From: Candidatus Hermodarchaeota archaeon
GTDB lineage: Archaea; Asgardarchaeota; Hermodarchaeia; Hermodarchaeales; Hermodarchaeaceae
Assembly (NCBI GenBank): GCA_016839365.1
Contig: JAEOUH010000058.1
Location: 1 to 52,352, forward strand
DNA length: 52,352 nt
Reading direction: 5' to 3'
Each line of letters opens with the position of its first letter. Position 1 is the first letter of the stretch. Under the pieces are notes generated by a model that did not search any database, had not been told where the DNA came from, and saw nothing but the letters and a program-made list of their open reading frames with translations. Positions 18,602 through 28,069 of the stretch are shown here, in pieces. A program made the translations under genes and the position numbers.

Positions 18602-20171
18602 CGCCTCCTCGCCCATACCTATTCCTCTAATTCGAATCTCGAACTTAACCTACACCTATGAGGGAAGTGACAAGCCTGCTGTACGTAATATCAATCTGGC
18701 ACTTCATCAAGGCGAGTTCACTATCCTTGGAGGGCCTAGTGGTTGTGGCAAAAGCACCTTAGCTCGTTGCCTCACAGGGTTCATTCCTCATGAATATCCA
18801 GGCACTTTCCAAGGAACAATCACAATCCGAGACCAAGATACCCGGGCTCTTGCAATCCGCGAATTAGCTCAATCAGCCAGCCTTATACAACAAGATCCCG
18901 ACAGCCAACTTGTGACGCTCAACGTCACAAATGAAGTTGCATTTGGGTTAGAGAACTTCCAACACTCCCCCGCAACAATTGAACCACGCATCCAATGGGC
19001 ACTAAGAGCGGCAAATGCAGAAAATCTTCGATCTCGTAACACCCACACACTCTCAGGCGGTGAAAAACAGAAAGTAATCATCGCTTCATTTATCGCGCTA
19101 CAGTCTCCCATCCTTATTTTAGATGAGCCCACCGCTAGACTCGATCCTCATACAGCAACGGAAGTTCTCAAAACCCTCCAAAAACTGCATAATCAAGGTG
19201 CCACAATACTAGTAATTGAACACCGAATCCAACCCTTTCTCTCATCCGCTTCCCGTGTTCTTCTCATGAATGAAGGAACAATCATCTACGATTGCAGTCC
19301 AACCCAACTCTCTGCAAATCCTGCGCCTCTCAACGACTTGGGTGTGTACCTGCAACCATCAACATATTCAGAGACCATTCAAGCCAAATCAAAAATAGAA
19401 CAGGAAACATTGAGGATTCAGGGTCTCACCTTCACCTATCCTCGGATAGAAGAGCATAATTCTCCGAGACCTACTCTGGGGAATCTGTCCTTCTCTCTCC
19501 ACTCAGGGGAAATCATTGCATTAATGGGTCCAAATGGGTCAGGAAAATCAACGCTCCTCCTCCAACTTATGGGGCTACTAACACCTGATGCGGGAACGGT
19601 TCATCTCAATCAACAGAATATTCATGATCAACCCGTTTCCCAGCTAGCCCGTCAGATAGGATTCATTTTTCAAAACCCTCTCCATCAGATATTCGCTCAC
19701 ACAGTTAAAGAAGAAGTGCTACTTGCTACGAAACATCTCGGGCTCTCCGAATCCTCAGAGATCAAACTTCGCGCAGAACAACTAATGCGAAGCTTTGGCC
19801 TTCTCAAATATCAAGATCAATCCCCATATGCTTTAAGTCTGGGAGAGCAGCGTCGACTAACCATCGCCTCCATCCTACTCCACAAGCCGCAAGTTCTCTT
19901 ATTCGATGAGCCTTTCATCGGTCAAGATTATCGTAATGTGCAACGTCTCATGGGTGTCATTCGAAGTGAAGCGGCTCAGGGAACAACTGTGTTACTCGCC
20001 ACCCATGACGCGGCTATCGCTGAAACCTACTGCTCACGACTCCTCTTCCTTTTTGATGGACGACTCCTTATCGATGCTCCAGTTAAGCAAGGGCTGGAAC
20101 ACCTCACCATATTATATCAAACCAGAGTGTTAGATGAACAAGGGTCATTGGGGGTCGAAGCGGAAGAATGA
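18588..20171 (+). CDS. ecfA: ECF transporter fused double ATPase (A-A')
   Basis: Two ABC domains: GPSGCGKS / QDPDSQL / LSGGEKQ / LDEP and GPNGSGKS / FQNPLHQ / LSLGEQR / FDEP. Confidence 0.93.
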   Translation: MSSSNASSPIPIPLIRISNLTYTYEGSDKPAVRNINLALHQGEFTILGGPSGCGKSTLARCLTGFIPHEYPGTFQGTITIRDQDTRALAIRELAQSASLIQQDPDSQLVTLNVTNEVAFGLENFQHSPATIEPRIQWALRAANAENLRSRNTHTLSGGEKQKVIIASFIALQSPILILDEPTARLDPHTATEVLKTLQKLHNQGATILVIEHRIQPFLSSASRVLLMNEGTIIYDCSPTQLSANPAPLNDLGVYLQPSTYSETIQAKSKIEQETLRIQGLTFTYPRIEEHNSPRPTLGNLSFSLHSGEIIALMGPNGSGKSTLLLQLMGLLTPDAGTVHLNQQNIHDQPVSQLARQIGFIFQNPLHQIFAHTVKEEVLLATKHLGLSESSEIKLRAEQLMRSFGLLKYQDQSPYALSLGEQRRLTIASILLHKPQVLLFDEPFIGQDYRNVQRLMGVIRSEAAQGTTVLLATHDAAIAETYCSRLLFLFDGRLLIDAPVKQGLEHLTILYQTRVLDEQGSLGVEAEE

Positions 20172-20998
20172 AAATGCGAACATCCTCCTTTGGCTATCTG
20201 CAACGTAAATCCTTTGTTCACCGGCTCAACCCGTTGACAAAATTCACTGTCCTTATTCTCATCGTGATTTTAGCTGTAACGTTGGTATCCGATATTATTG
20301 CCCTGTGTATTTTTAGCTTCTTGCTTCTGGGCTTCATCGGTGCCGGGATTAGTCTCCGCTATGCATTCGGGCGCCTTCGCCGGCTTCTAACATTAATTCT
20401 TCTCATTGCTTTAGTGCAACTGCTTTTCACGCCCTATGGCGCCGTTCTTTTCTACCTCATTCCACCCCTTGCCCCAGGATTTGGTCCATTCCTCCCCATT
20501 ACAACTGTCGGAATATCCAATGCTTTCAATCTCGCCTTCCGGCTCATCAACATTGTATTAGCAAGCGCACTGTTTGTTGCATCAACCGATCCCAGCCGTT
20601 TTGCCGCTGCTTTAACCTCTATTCGAATCCCTTATCGTTATGGATACACTCTCGTTCTTGCCCTACGGTTAGTTCCACTCTTTGATGAAGAATCCAATAC
20701 AGTTCAGTCCGCCCAACGAGCCCGAGGGATCCCCGTTGATCAAGGCGTCATCCGTGGCTTCTTGCGACGGATTCGTTACACCTTCATGCCCATGCTGTTC
20801 TCAGCGTTAGGTAGGGTTGATTCCCTCACACTGGCCATGGACGGTCGAGGGTTCGGGTATGCTCCAACCCGCACCTTTCTCGTCTTTCCCAAATTCACTC
20901 CTACCGATTGGCTCATTGTGATTGCCAGTGTACTCCTAACTGGTTTCTTTCTTTGGAATTTCCTCTTTGTTACTGCCTTGCCTCACATTATCGGATAG
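20168..20998 (+). CDS. ecfT: ECF transporter transmembrane T component
   Basis: SFVHRLNPLTK, STDPS, LALRLVP, AQRARG and AMDGRGF coupling motifs; ATGA overlap with the ATPase gene. Confidence 0.93.
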   Translation: MKMRTSSFGYLQRKSFVHRLNPLTKFTVLILIVILAVTLVSDIIALCIFSFLLLGFIGAGISLRYAFGRLRRLLTLILLIALVQLLFTPYGAVLFYLIPPLAPGFGPFLPITTVGISNAFNLAFRLINIVLASALFVASTDPSRFAAALTSIRIPYRYGYTLVLALRLVPLFDEESNTVQSAQRARGIPVDQGVIRGFLRRIRYTFMPMLFSALGRVDSLTLAMDGRGFGYAPTRTFLVFPKFTPTDWLIVIASVLLTGFFLWNFLFVTALPHIIG

Positions 20999-21251
20999 GA
21001 TTAGTCACTCGGATATGAAACTGGGTTGGTTTCAATGAACACGGGAGAGAAGAGAAAGAAAATATGAATTGCCCATAACTCGTCACGATGGTCTGGTTCA
21101 AGCCTGTCAATACTTGGTTCAAGTCTTCAGTGAGATCTTCGCAGACTGCCAGCGAGGATTCTGTCAGACGCCCTCATCCTTGTAAGGAATTTCATATTGA
21201 CGACGAATCGTTTAAGAAGAAGACCGAAGTTTCCATACACTGGTGGAGCGT

Positions 21252-21923
21252 ATGGGCAAAGCTGATAGTGTATTCGAAGTCATCGGTCCCATTATGATCG
21301 GGCCCTCAAGTTCACATACTGCTGCCGCAGTACGAATTGGATTGATAAGTCGTGCCATCCTAGGTGAATCCGTGAAAAAGGCAATTATCCAATTACATGG
21401 CTCCTATGCCCTAACAGGAAAAGGACATGGCACCGACAAAGCACTCATTGCGGGGCTGTTAGGCCTTGATGCTGCCGATGAAAGAATCAAGTCTGCCCTT
21501 GAGATTGCCAAGGACGTAGGAATAATCTTTGAATTCCAAAAGGTTGACCTCGGAGACGACTTTCCTCCGAATACGGTTCGACTGCTCATCGAGGGTCCAA
21601 CTCAAGTACACTTTGAAATCACAGGCGTATCCGTTGGTGGAGGAAATATCGGAGTCATCGAAATCAACGGACTCTCCGTGCAGATTTCTGGCGAATACCA
21701 CACACTCATTTCCATCCATAACGACCGCCCTGGCATCGTGGCAAAGGCAACCGCTATCATCGCCCAACACAAGGTTAATATTTCCAACATGTGTGTCAGT
21801 CGACAACGACGGGGAGGATTGGCTGCTATGGTTGTGGAAATGGATCAATCCTTACCGCCCGAGGCATTATCAGAGTTAGAGGACAAAGCCCAAATCGTTC
21901 GACTCATCCCTCCAATCTATTAA
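21252..21923 (+). CDS. sdaAB: L-serine dehydratase, iron-sulfur-dependent, beta subunit
   Basis: SVFEVIGPIMIGPSSSHTA, TGKGHGTD, SVGGG and a C-terminal ACT domain (HNDRPGIV). Confidence 0.95.
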   Translation: MGKADSVFEVIGPIMIGPSSSHTAAAVRIGLISRAILGESVKKAIIQLHGSYALTGKGHGTDKALIAGLLGLDAADERIKSALEIAKDVGIIFEFQKVDLGDDFPPNTVRLLIEGPTQVHFEITGVSVGGGNIGVIEINGLSVQISGEYHTLISIHNDRPGIVAKATAIIAQHKVNISNMCVSRQRRGGLAAMVVEMDQSLPPEALSELEDKAQIVRLIPPIY

Positions 21924-21942
21924 TTACTTGAGGTGAACTGGG

Positions 21943-22803
21943 ATGGATTATAATTCGATACAACAGCTATTGAAACTAGCCGCCCGTAACAATAAACGAA
22001 TTGGCGAAATCGTCTTGGCAGTTGAAGCGGAAAAGGAAAACGAATCTCCCGATACCATCCGTGGACAGATGGTCATATCCTGGGAAGTTATGAAACAATC
22101 CCTGAAAAAAGGCGTCACCGAAGATATTCGGTCCATCAGTGGACTCTCTGGTGGGGATGGAAAACTCTTCTTCGCGCGGCAGCCTAAGTATCTGAGCCCT
22201 CACATCTCTAAAGCCGTGGCGTGGGCATTAGGTGTAGCTGAAGTGAACGCTGCAATGGGCCGTATCGTTGCCTGTCCAACTGCAGGTAGTTCTGGAATTG
22301 TCCCAGCGGCTCTGATGTTAGCGAAAGAACGTTTAGCAGTTGACGAGGAGAAGATCATAACTGCACTTTTTACAGCAGCAGGCATTGGAATCATCTGTTC
22401 AGTCAATGCTTCCATATCGGGGGCAGAAGGCGGCTGTCAAGCTGAAACTGGCGTAGCTGCGGCAATGGCAGCGGGAGCTCTCACCGAGCTTGCTGGGGGT
22501 AGCCCAACTATGGTTGGGCATGCTGTTGCTTTATGCCTAAGTAATATGTTAGGATTAGTCTGTGATCCTGTGGCCGGATTAGTTGAAGTTCCTTGTGTTC
22601 TGCGAAATGCCGGTGGATTAATGCAAGCTGTCCTCGCCGCTGAACTAGCTCTCTCTGGCATTCAAAGCCGGATACCCGTTGATGAGGTTATTGAAGCAAT
22701 GAACGAAGTTGGTGACTCACTCCCTGAAAGTCTCCGCGAAACGGCCCTAGGTGGGCTCGCGAACACCCCAACGGGGAACCAATATCGAAAGAAGGTTCAA
22801 TAA
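21943..22803 (+). CDS. sdaAA: L-serine dehydratase, iron-sulfur-dependent, alpha subunit
   Basis: EVNAAMGRIVACPTAGS, SGAEGGCQAE, GLVCDPVAGLVEVPC and LRETALGGLA. Confidence 0.95.
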   Translation: MDYNSIQQLLKLAARNNKRIGEIVLAVEAEKENESPDTIRGQMVISWEVMKQSLKKGVTEDIRSISGLSGGDGKLFFARQPKYLSPHISKAVAWALGVAEVNAAMGRIVACPTAGSSGIVPAALMLAKERLAVDEEKIITALFTAAGIGIICSVNASISGAEGGCQAETGVAAAMAAGALTELAGGSPTMVGHAVALCLSNMLGLVCDPVAGLVEVPCVLRNAGGLMQAVLAAELALSGIQSRIPVDEVIEAMNEVGDSLPESLRETALGGLANTPTGNQYRKKVQ

Positions 22804-22820
22804 CTCGCTTCGCTGAGGTC

Positions 22821-23162
22821 TTAGTCGAGAAGCGGAATTACACAAATGAAGACCAGGGGAGTCTCACCGGTATTACGGTATCCGTGTTCTTCGTTGGGTG
22901 GTACATATAGAAACATGTCTGCTTTGATGGGCACTTCCTTATTGGAAGTAAAGGCTATACCCTCACCTGAGAGGATGTAAATCTCATGGTCTTCCTCATG
23001 ACCGTGAAGAGGAATTTCTCCACCAGGTTGCACCACAAATCTGCGCATTGCAAATGTCCGTGCTCCATTATCCCGATTAATTAACCAGCGAATTGTTGTT
23101 CCAGTTGACCCATAATTGGTTACCTGTTCTTCCGGACGTTCATCAAATCGATCTACAATCAT
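22821..23162 (-). CDS. Cupin-domain protein
   Basis: FAMRRF..PGGEIPLHGHEEDHEIYILSGEG...VPPNEEHGYRNTG..FICVIP. Confidence 0.9.
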   Translation of the reverse strand: MIVDRFDERPEEQVTNYGSTGTTIRWLINRDNGARTFAMRRFVVQPGGEIPLHGHEEDHEIYILSGEGIAFTSNKEVPIKADMFLYVPPNEEHGYRNTGETPLVFICVIPLLD

Positions 23163-23331
23163 AATTCAATCACCAATCTTGAAGACTTAAATACACATAG
23201 TACACGGAGAACTTCAGCGGAAACCTGCTAGATTAAAAAGTCGACCGATGAATTACGAGAAGACTTAATTGGTCGCAAACCCACGCATACAAGAAAACTG
23301 GAACATACAATATAGCCTGGCGGGACGGATA

Positions 23332-23691
23332 ATGACGAGGAAGGACTTGGTCAAGCAGACTCTCCTTTCACTTCTACAAGAGGCTGAACCCGCCGTTACT
23401 GATGATGCTCTATTTCTTGGGAAAATGAAGATCCATTGCACTGAATCAGGCTATGCCAATGTTCAAATCAGTCGCCCCCTCGATATCGAGTATGTAAAGC
23501 AATTTTTCCAGGGCATGGACGTTTACGCCGAAGCTAACCAGGCCAGTATCATCATCAAAAAGAACGCCAATGTCTTCCTTTATTCGGAACCCAACGATAG
23601 TCAGCGTATAGCCTTCGGACCAGTCATGGACTATGAGCTCCTGGTCCTTGTCTTCAAATACATCCGACAGGTCATGACCCGCAACGCATAA
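23332..23691 (+). CDS. Hypothetical protein
   Basis: Fills the gap between the cupin gene and cdd with normal composition. ATG 23332 preferred. No motif recognised. Confidence 0.55.
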   Translation: MTRKDLVKQTLLSLLQEAEPAVTDDALFLGKMKIHCTESGYANVQISRPLDIEYVKQFFQGMDVYAEANQASIIIKKNANVFLYSEPNDSQRIAFGPVMDYELLVLVFKYIRQVMTRNA

Positions 23692-23711
23692 GCTTGCATC
23701 GAGGGATCAGG

Positions 23712-24128
23712 TTATTTTTCGGAATTTAGGCGAAATCCTTTCGGGTAAAGGTCACCAAGTTTCATTTTTTCAATCTGCCCTGATGAACTGACAGCAATAA
23801 TTTCCAAATCGGGAGCGAATTCGAACAGAACGCTTCGACAGATTCCACAGGGCATGACTGGGTCATCACTGTTAGAAACAATCACGATTTTACTGAAGTG
23901 ACGTACGCCATGGCATACCGCATTGGCTACGGCAGTCCGCTCAGCACAGAGTGTAGCTCCGAGCGTCGAATTTTCCACGTTGCATCCCAAAAAAATGCGC
24001 CCATCCTTTGCGAGGAGTGCTGCTCCTACAAGAAACCTGGAATAGGGTGCATAAGCATGTTGCTGAGCATCTCGAGCTTTTTGAATTAGTTGGTCTTCTC
24101 CGAGGGACATTATGGGCTCCGCTTCCAC
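23712..24128 (-). CDS. cdd: Cytidine deaminase (homotetrameric, 3-Cys type)
   Basis: AYAPYSRFLVGAAL, GCNVEN, CAERTA and PCGICR. The start may instead be ATG 24110. Confidence 0.93.
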   Translation of the reverse strand: MEAEPIMSLGEDQLIQKARDAQQHAYAPYSRFLVGAALLAKDGRIFLGCNVENSTLGATLCAERTAVANAVCHGVRHFSKIVIVSNSDDPVMPCGICRSVLFEFAPDLEIIAVSSSGQIEKMKLGDLYPKGFRLNSEK

Positions 24129-24420
24129 TAAATGTGACTAGCAGTCGATACTCCATCAAGGGTGTATAAGAGCTCGTCGGTTGTCATGCGTGAGAAGGAC
24201 TCATCCACCCGTGCCGCATATTACTTACATTATAAATGAAGCGTTTAAAGCCCTTAAACCTTGAATTCTCTTATAAATCGGCTTATAAGCCCAAAAAATC
24301 AGATAAGAGTGTCTCTTCCAATTTTCGGGAGATTTAGAAGAAATTAAGCCTCTATACCGAAATCCAAGGGTTTAAATACCGTCTTTGAAGCGATTAAAAT
24401 GAGGATAAACATAGGATGTG

Positions 24421-24606
24421 ATGAAAACGACAGCCGTGGAGTCTAGCGCGCTAAAATCAATCAAGCGCTCGACCAGCAAATCCATCACATGCCCTGCTTG
24501 TGGGCAAACCAACTTCCTCAAAAAGAAACTCTACTACTGGCTTCTCACCAAAGAGAAAAAGGCACGATGCATGCATTGTGGCCGATCTATTCCAATCCAG
24601 ACGTAA
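24421..24606 (+). CDS. Small basic zinc-ribbon protein
   Basis: CPACG...CMHCG pair; TATA-like TTTAAATA at ~24371 upstream and a T-tract downstream. Confidence 0.6.
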   Translation: MKTTAVESSALKSIKRSTSKSITCPACGQTNFLKKKLYYWLLTKEKKARCMHCGRSIPIQT

Positions 24607-24860
24607 TTTTTTAACTTTTAACCCCCACCGATGACGCTGAAGCCATTGTTACACTCGGTTTTACATAGGATCTCTCTCGGAGACCAGCTCGTATTCGCGT
24701 TTCGTCAAATCTGAAGCCTTATCAATAATACTTGAAATACACTGTAATTTATAGAACTAATCATTAGTTCTCAACTTATTTTTGTTTCAGCTATCACACT
24801 TAAGTGGAGAATAGGGCACACTCCTTTTCGTTTCCAACCTCGAGTCTGGGGTTTTTGGTT

Positions 24861-26153
24861 ATGAGTGAAGAAAAGAAAAAGTTTAGTTGGCTGACAATTT
24901 TTCTCATTGGCTTAGGCTTCTTTACCACTGGTATCTCTTGGTCACTATTCAACTCCTATGTGCCAATCTATCTGCAAGCGTCAATTCCTAGTGCGATTCC
25001 AGGATTTCTCTTTGTCACAGCACTTGCTGGGTTCATTATGGGGTTGGATAACCTCATTGCTATCATTATGAACCCGCTGATGGGGGCTAGATCCGATAAG
25101 ACGTGGACTCGCTTAGGACGCCGAATGCCCTATGTAATTATTGGAATTCCTGTGGCAGCGGCATTCTTGGTGGGATTACCAATTGTGGCAATCGTGCCAG
25201 GTATGCTTGGTTTGGTATCTCTGGTCATCTTGATTTTAGGCTTTGATATTTCGATGGCGATTTATCGTGCACCAGTAGTGGCGATGATGCCTGACTTTGC
25301 CCCTCCGGAAAAGCGGAGTCCGGCGAATGGCATAATCAACCTCATGGGTGGAATCGGTTCAGTAATCGCCTTTGTTCTGGGTGCCTTCCTTTATGGATTT
25401 TCACCACTTCTCGCATTTGGTGTCACATCATTAATCATGGTCCTCTTTCTGGTCATCATGGTGGTCTTCGTCAAGGAGCATGAAATTCCACAAGTAGTTG
25501 AAAAGGTTGAATATCCACTAGGGCAGGCGGCTCGTGAGGTAATCAGTGATCGATCTATTCTCAGCCTTTTAGTTGCTATCTTTGCATGGTTTGTGGCGTT
25601 CTACACCTTGGAAACTTGGTTCACATCCTATGGTGTGTTCTTCCTCAATTGGGCGCCGAATATCGCCTCTTTTACAATGACACTTTTTGCCCTCTCCTTC
25701 GTTATCTTCGCTGTACCGGCGGGATTAATTGCGCTGAAGCTTGGCCGAAAACGAACTATCATGATTGGCTTAATTGGGTTAATCATCGTCCTATTCATCG
25801 CCGCCTTTGTTCCTCAGCAATTACCTCTGATGGCGATACTTGGGGTGGGTGGATTCTTCTGGGCTTTCGTAAATGTCAACTCAATTACCATGTTATGGGA
25901 AGTGAGTCGGAAAAAACAAGGCGCTTATACTGGAATCTATTACATCTTTAGTCAGCTAGCTGCAGCACTCGGTCCAATCTTATTCGCATTATTGGTTGAC
26001 TTAATGGTCATCCTTTTGGGAGCAACACTTGCAACGAAATGGGTTATTTTATGGCCGTTCTCAATAATCTTCCTTGGCCTAGCCTTCGTCGCCATGTTCT
26101 TTGTACGACGTGGTGAAGCTGGAGAAGAGTATGAGATGGTAGAAGAAGCTTAA
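24861..26153 (+). CDS. MFS transporter (SLC45/GPH sugar-symporter-like)
   Basis: GARSDKTWTRLGRRMPY, AMMPD..P.EKRS.ANG and KLGRKRT motifs; 12 TM segments. Confidence 0.88.
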   Translation: MSEEKKKFSWLTIFLIGLGFFTTGISWSLFNSYVPIYLQASIPSAIPGFLFVTALAGFIMGLDNLIAIIMNPLMGARSDKTWTRLGRRMPYVIIGIPVAAAFLVGLPIVAIVPGMLGLVSLVILILGFDISMAIYRAPVVAMMPDFAPPEKRSPANGIINLMGGIGSVIAFVLGAFLYGFSPLLAFGVTSLIMVLFLVIMVVFVKEHEIPQVVEKVEYPLGQAAREVISDRSILSLLVAIFAWFVAFYTLETWFTSYGVFFLNWAPNIASFTMTLFALSFVIFAVPAGLIALKLGRKRTIMIGLIGLIIVLFIAAFVPQQLPLMAILGVGGFFWAFVNVNSITMLWEVSRKKQGAYTGIYYIFSQLAAALGPILFALLVDLMVILLGATLATKWVILWPFSIIFLGLAFVAMFFVRRGEAGEEYEMVEEA

Positions 26154-26164
26154 CTTTCCGACTT

Positions 26165-26200
26165 GAGGTGCTTTTTGCACCTCTCTCCAATTTTTTTGGA
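26165..26200 (+). terminator. Tandem hairpins after the MFS gene
   Basis: GAGGTGC-TTTTT-GCACCTC followed by TCCAA-TTTTT-TTGGA and T-tracts. Confidence 0.55.
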
Positions 26201-26277
26201 TCTTTTTCGAGTGGCAGATAGCTTTTTTTGATTGATTGGGTTTTGTTGAAGCACCTGGATTCCTTGGAGAAACGGCT

Positions 26278-26742
26278 ATGCCTGAAATCCTTGACAGAGT
26301 GATGACTTACCTAAAGTCGATGAATCTGTCCTATGAAGTTAAATCAGTAAAGGGTGAGATTCATCGAGTCGTGGTTCCATATTCTGTGCCCGATCCGTCG
26401 TTGAAGTTCGATGTGGTAATTGACGTTTCAGGACAATTCGTGCGCTTCTGGGTTCTCGTCATGCTGGCAGACAGAGTGAAGAATAAGAAGAGGCGTGAAG
26501 AACTCTACACTGAATTGTTACTAGCGAATGGCCAGCTCGCGGAAGTCAAATACTTCATCACCGACAAAGGAGATGTTGGTGTGGTTGGTCACGAAGGAAT
26601 CGAGGTACTCACCGTGGACAATTTTCGCGAGGAGTTTCGGGCTATCCCTTTTGGAATCGTGTATTTTCTTACTGTCATCGCGAAGAAACTGAATCTCTCA
26701 CTTACGCTTCCCACTAAAGACGAACTCTCCATCTATTCGTAG
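26278..26742 (+). CDS. YbjN / type-III-chaperone-like fold protein, paralog 1
   Basis: Short alpha/beta protein with ELY..LL.AN.QLAEVKYFITDKGDV; clear paralog of 26826..27251. Confidence 0.6.
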   Translation: MPEILDRVMTYLKSMNLSYEVKSVKGEIHRVVVPYSVPDPSLKFDVVIDVSGQFVRFWVLVMLADRVKNKKRREELYTELLLANGQLAEVKYFITDKGDVGVVGHEGIEVLTVDNFREEFRAIPFGIVYFLTVIAKKLNLSLTLPTKDELSIYS

Positions 26743-26825
26743 AAGAGAATCCACAATATATCGACCTGAGAAACGTTTTTTTAAATCCTAACCATGATGG
26801 ATTCTCTCCTATTGAGGTTAAGATT

Positions 26826-27251
26826 ATGACAACAACAATGGAAAAAATCGAAGGGTACCTCAAGCAAATGAATCTGACCTATAAGGTGATACCTTCTGAA
26901 GATCGGATTATTCTCCCTTATACTATCGAAGATCGTCGATTTCTGCTTATTGTTGATCGCAGTGATAAATGGGTCCGATTTTTCATCATAATTGTTGAAC
27001 CAGAGGACCTTAAAAATGTGAATAAAGCTGAGCTCTATGCTAGCCTCCTTGAAGCGAATGGCCAGCTCGCGGAAGTCAAGTACTTCATTACTGACCAAGG
27101 TGGTATTGGCGTCATTGGCCATGAAGGTATTCCTTCTCTGAGCTTTGAAGGATTTCAGGAAGAATACAATGCCATACCATTTGCTGTCTCTTTCTTCATC
27201 CAAAATATTGCTACTAAACTTAAAATCGAGGTTACAGGCATCCCCGATTAA
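26826..27251 (+). CDS. YbjN / type-III-chaperone-like fold protein, paralog 2
   Basis: MEKIEGYLKQMNL...ELYASLLEANGQLAEVKYFITDQGGIGVIGHEGI...FQEEYNAIPF aligns end to end with paralog 1. Confidence 0.6.
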   Translation: MTTTMEKIEGYLKQMNLTYKVIPSEDRIILPYTIEDRRFLLIVDRSDKWVRFFIIIVEPEDLKNVNKAELYASLLEANGQLAEVKYFITDQGGIGVIGHEGIPSLSFEGFQEEYNAIPFAVSFFIQNIATKLKIEVTGIPD

Positions 27252-27279
27252 TGGGCTTTGCGAATTCAAAGAGGCCTGC

Positions 27280-28053
27280 ATGGGTGTAACATTCTTGGTG
27301 TTTAAAGCACTCCTCATCGACTTTGACAATACCCTTGTACTCTTCAATGAAGATCAATTCCTCGTTTCCTACGCCAAACTTGCCTACCCATATCTACAGG
27401 ACCTATTCGACGAATCTACCTTCTTTCAAAAACTCCTCCAATCAACACTTCAAATGATTCATAATGATGGGCGTATGACCAACGTTGAAGCGTTCACGCA
27501 CCATTTCATCGCCGACACATCGGCACTGAGCTACGATGAATGTATTAATCGGTTTCAAAAGTTCTATGAAGGATCCTTTCATCAGCTGGAATCAACTGTT
27601 ACTATCGTCCCTTATGGTCGACCGCTCATTGAACGAGCCTTGAAGGAGGGATTGCAGGTTGCTATTGCCACTAATCCCATCTTTCCTGAACTTGCAACAC
27701 AAATTCGCATTGGTTGGGCAAACCTCGCTGATCTGGATATAAGCTTAATGACCCATGCTGAAAACATGTCATACTGTAAACCGCGTCTTGAATATTATCA
27801 AACCATTTTGGACATGATTAACCAGGAACCAGAAAATTGTATCATGGCAGGGAATGATCCAATTAGTGATATGGCTGCATCAGACCTGGGAATAGCCACC
27901 TTCCTAGTTGATTTAGACCAAGAACAAGGTCGGTTGGGAATTCTCTCGAAGGAAGTTGGGAACTCTGCGAAAAAAGGATTACAAGCCTCTCAATATCGCA
28001 TAGATGGATCAGGGACTCTGTGTGACCTCGAACACTTTCTATTTAATGCATAA
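27280..28053 (+). CDS. HAD-superfamily hydrolase
   Basis: DFDNTL motif I, ATNPIFP, CKP and MAGND..SD. The start lies between 27280 and 27298. Confidence 0.88.
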   Translation: MGVTFLVFKALLIDFDNTLVLFNEDQFLVSYAKLAYPYLQDLFDESTFFQKLLQSTLQMIHNDGRMTNVEAFTHHFIADTSALSYDECINRFQKFYEGSFHQLESTVTIVPYGRPLIERALKEGLQVAIATNPIFPELATQIRIGWANLADLDISLMTHAENMSYCKPRLEYYQTILDMINQEPENCIMAGNDPISDMAASDLGIATFLVDLDQEQGRLGILSKEVGNSAKKGLQASQYRIDGSGTLCDLEHFLFNA

Positions 28054-28069
28054 CCGAGGATAACAAACT

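Noticed and set aside
21001-21195. Minus-strand frame MKFLTR...RSH-TGA-RLEPS... as a possible selenoprotein
   Set aside because: No redox-motif context, no recognisable family and no SECIS-like element seen; probably intergenic.
26781-27347. 188-aa minus-strand ORF
   Set aside because: Antisense to YbjN-like paralog 2, which is supported by paralogy.
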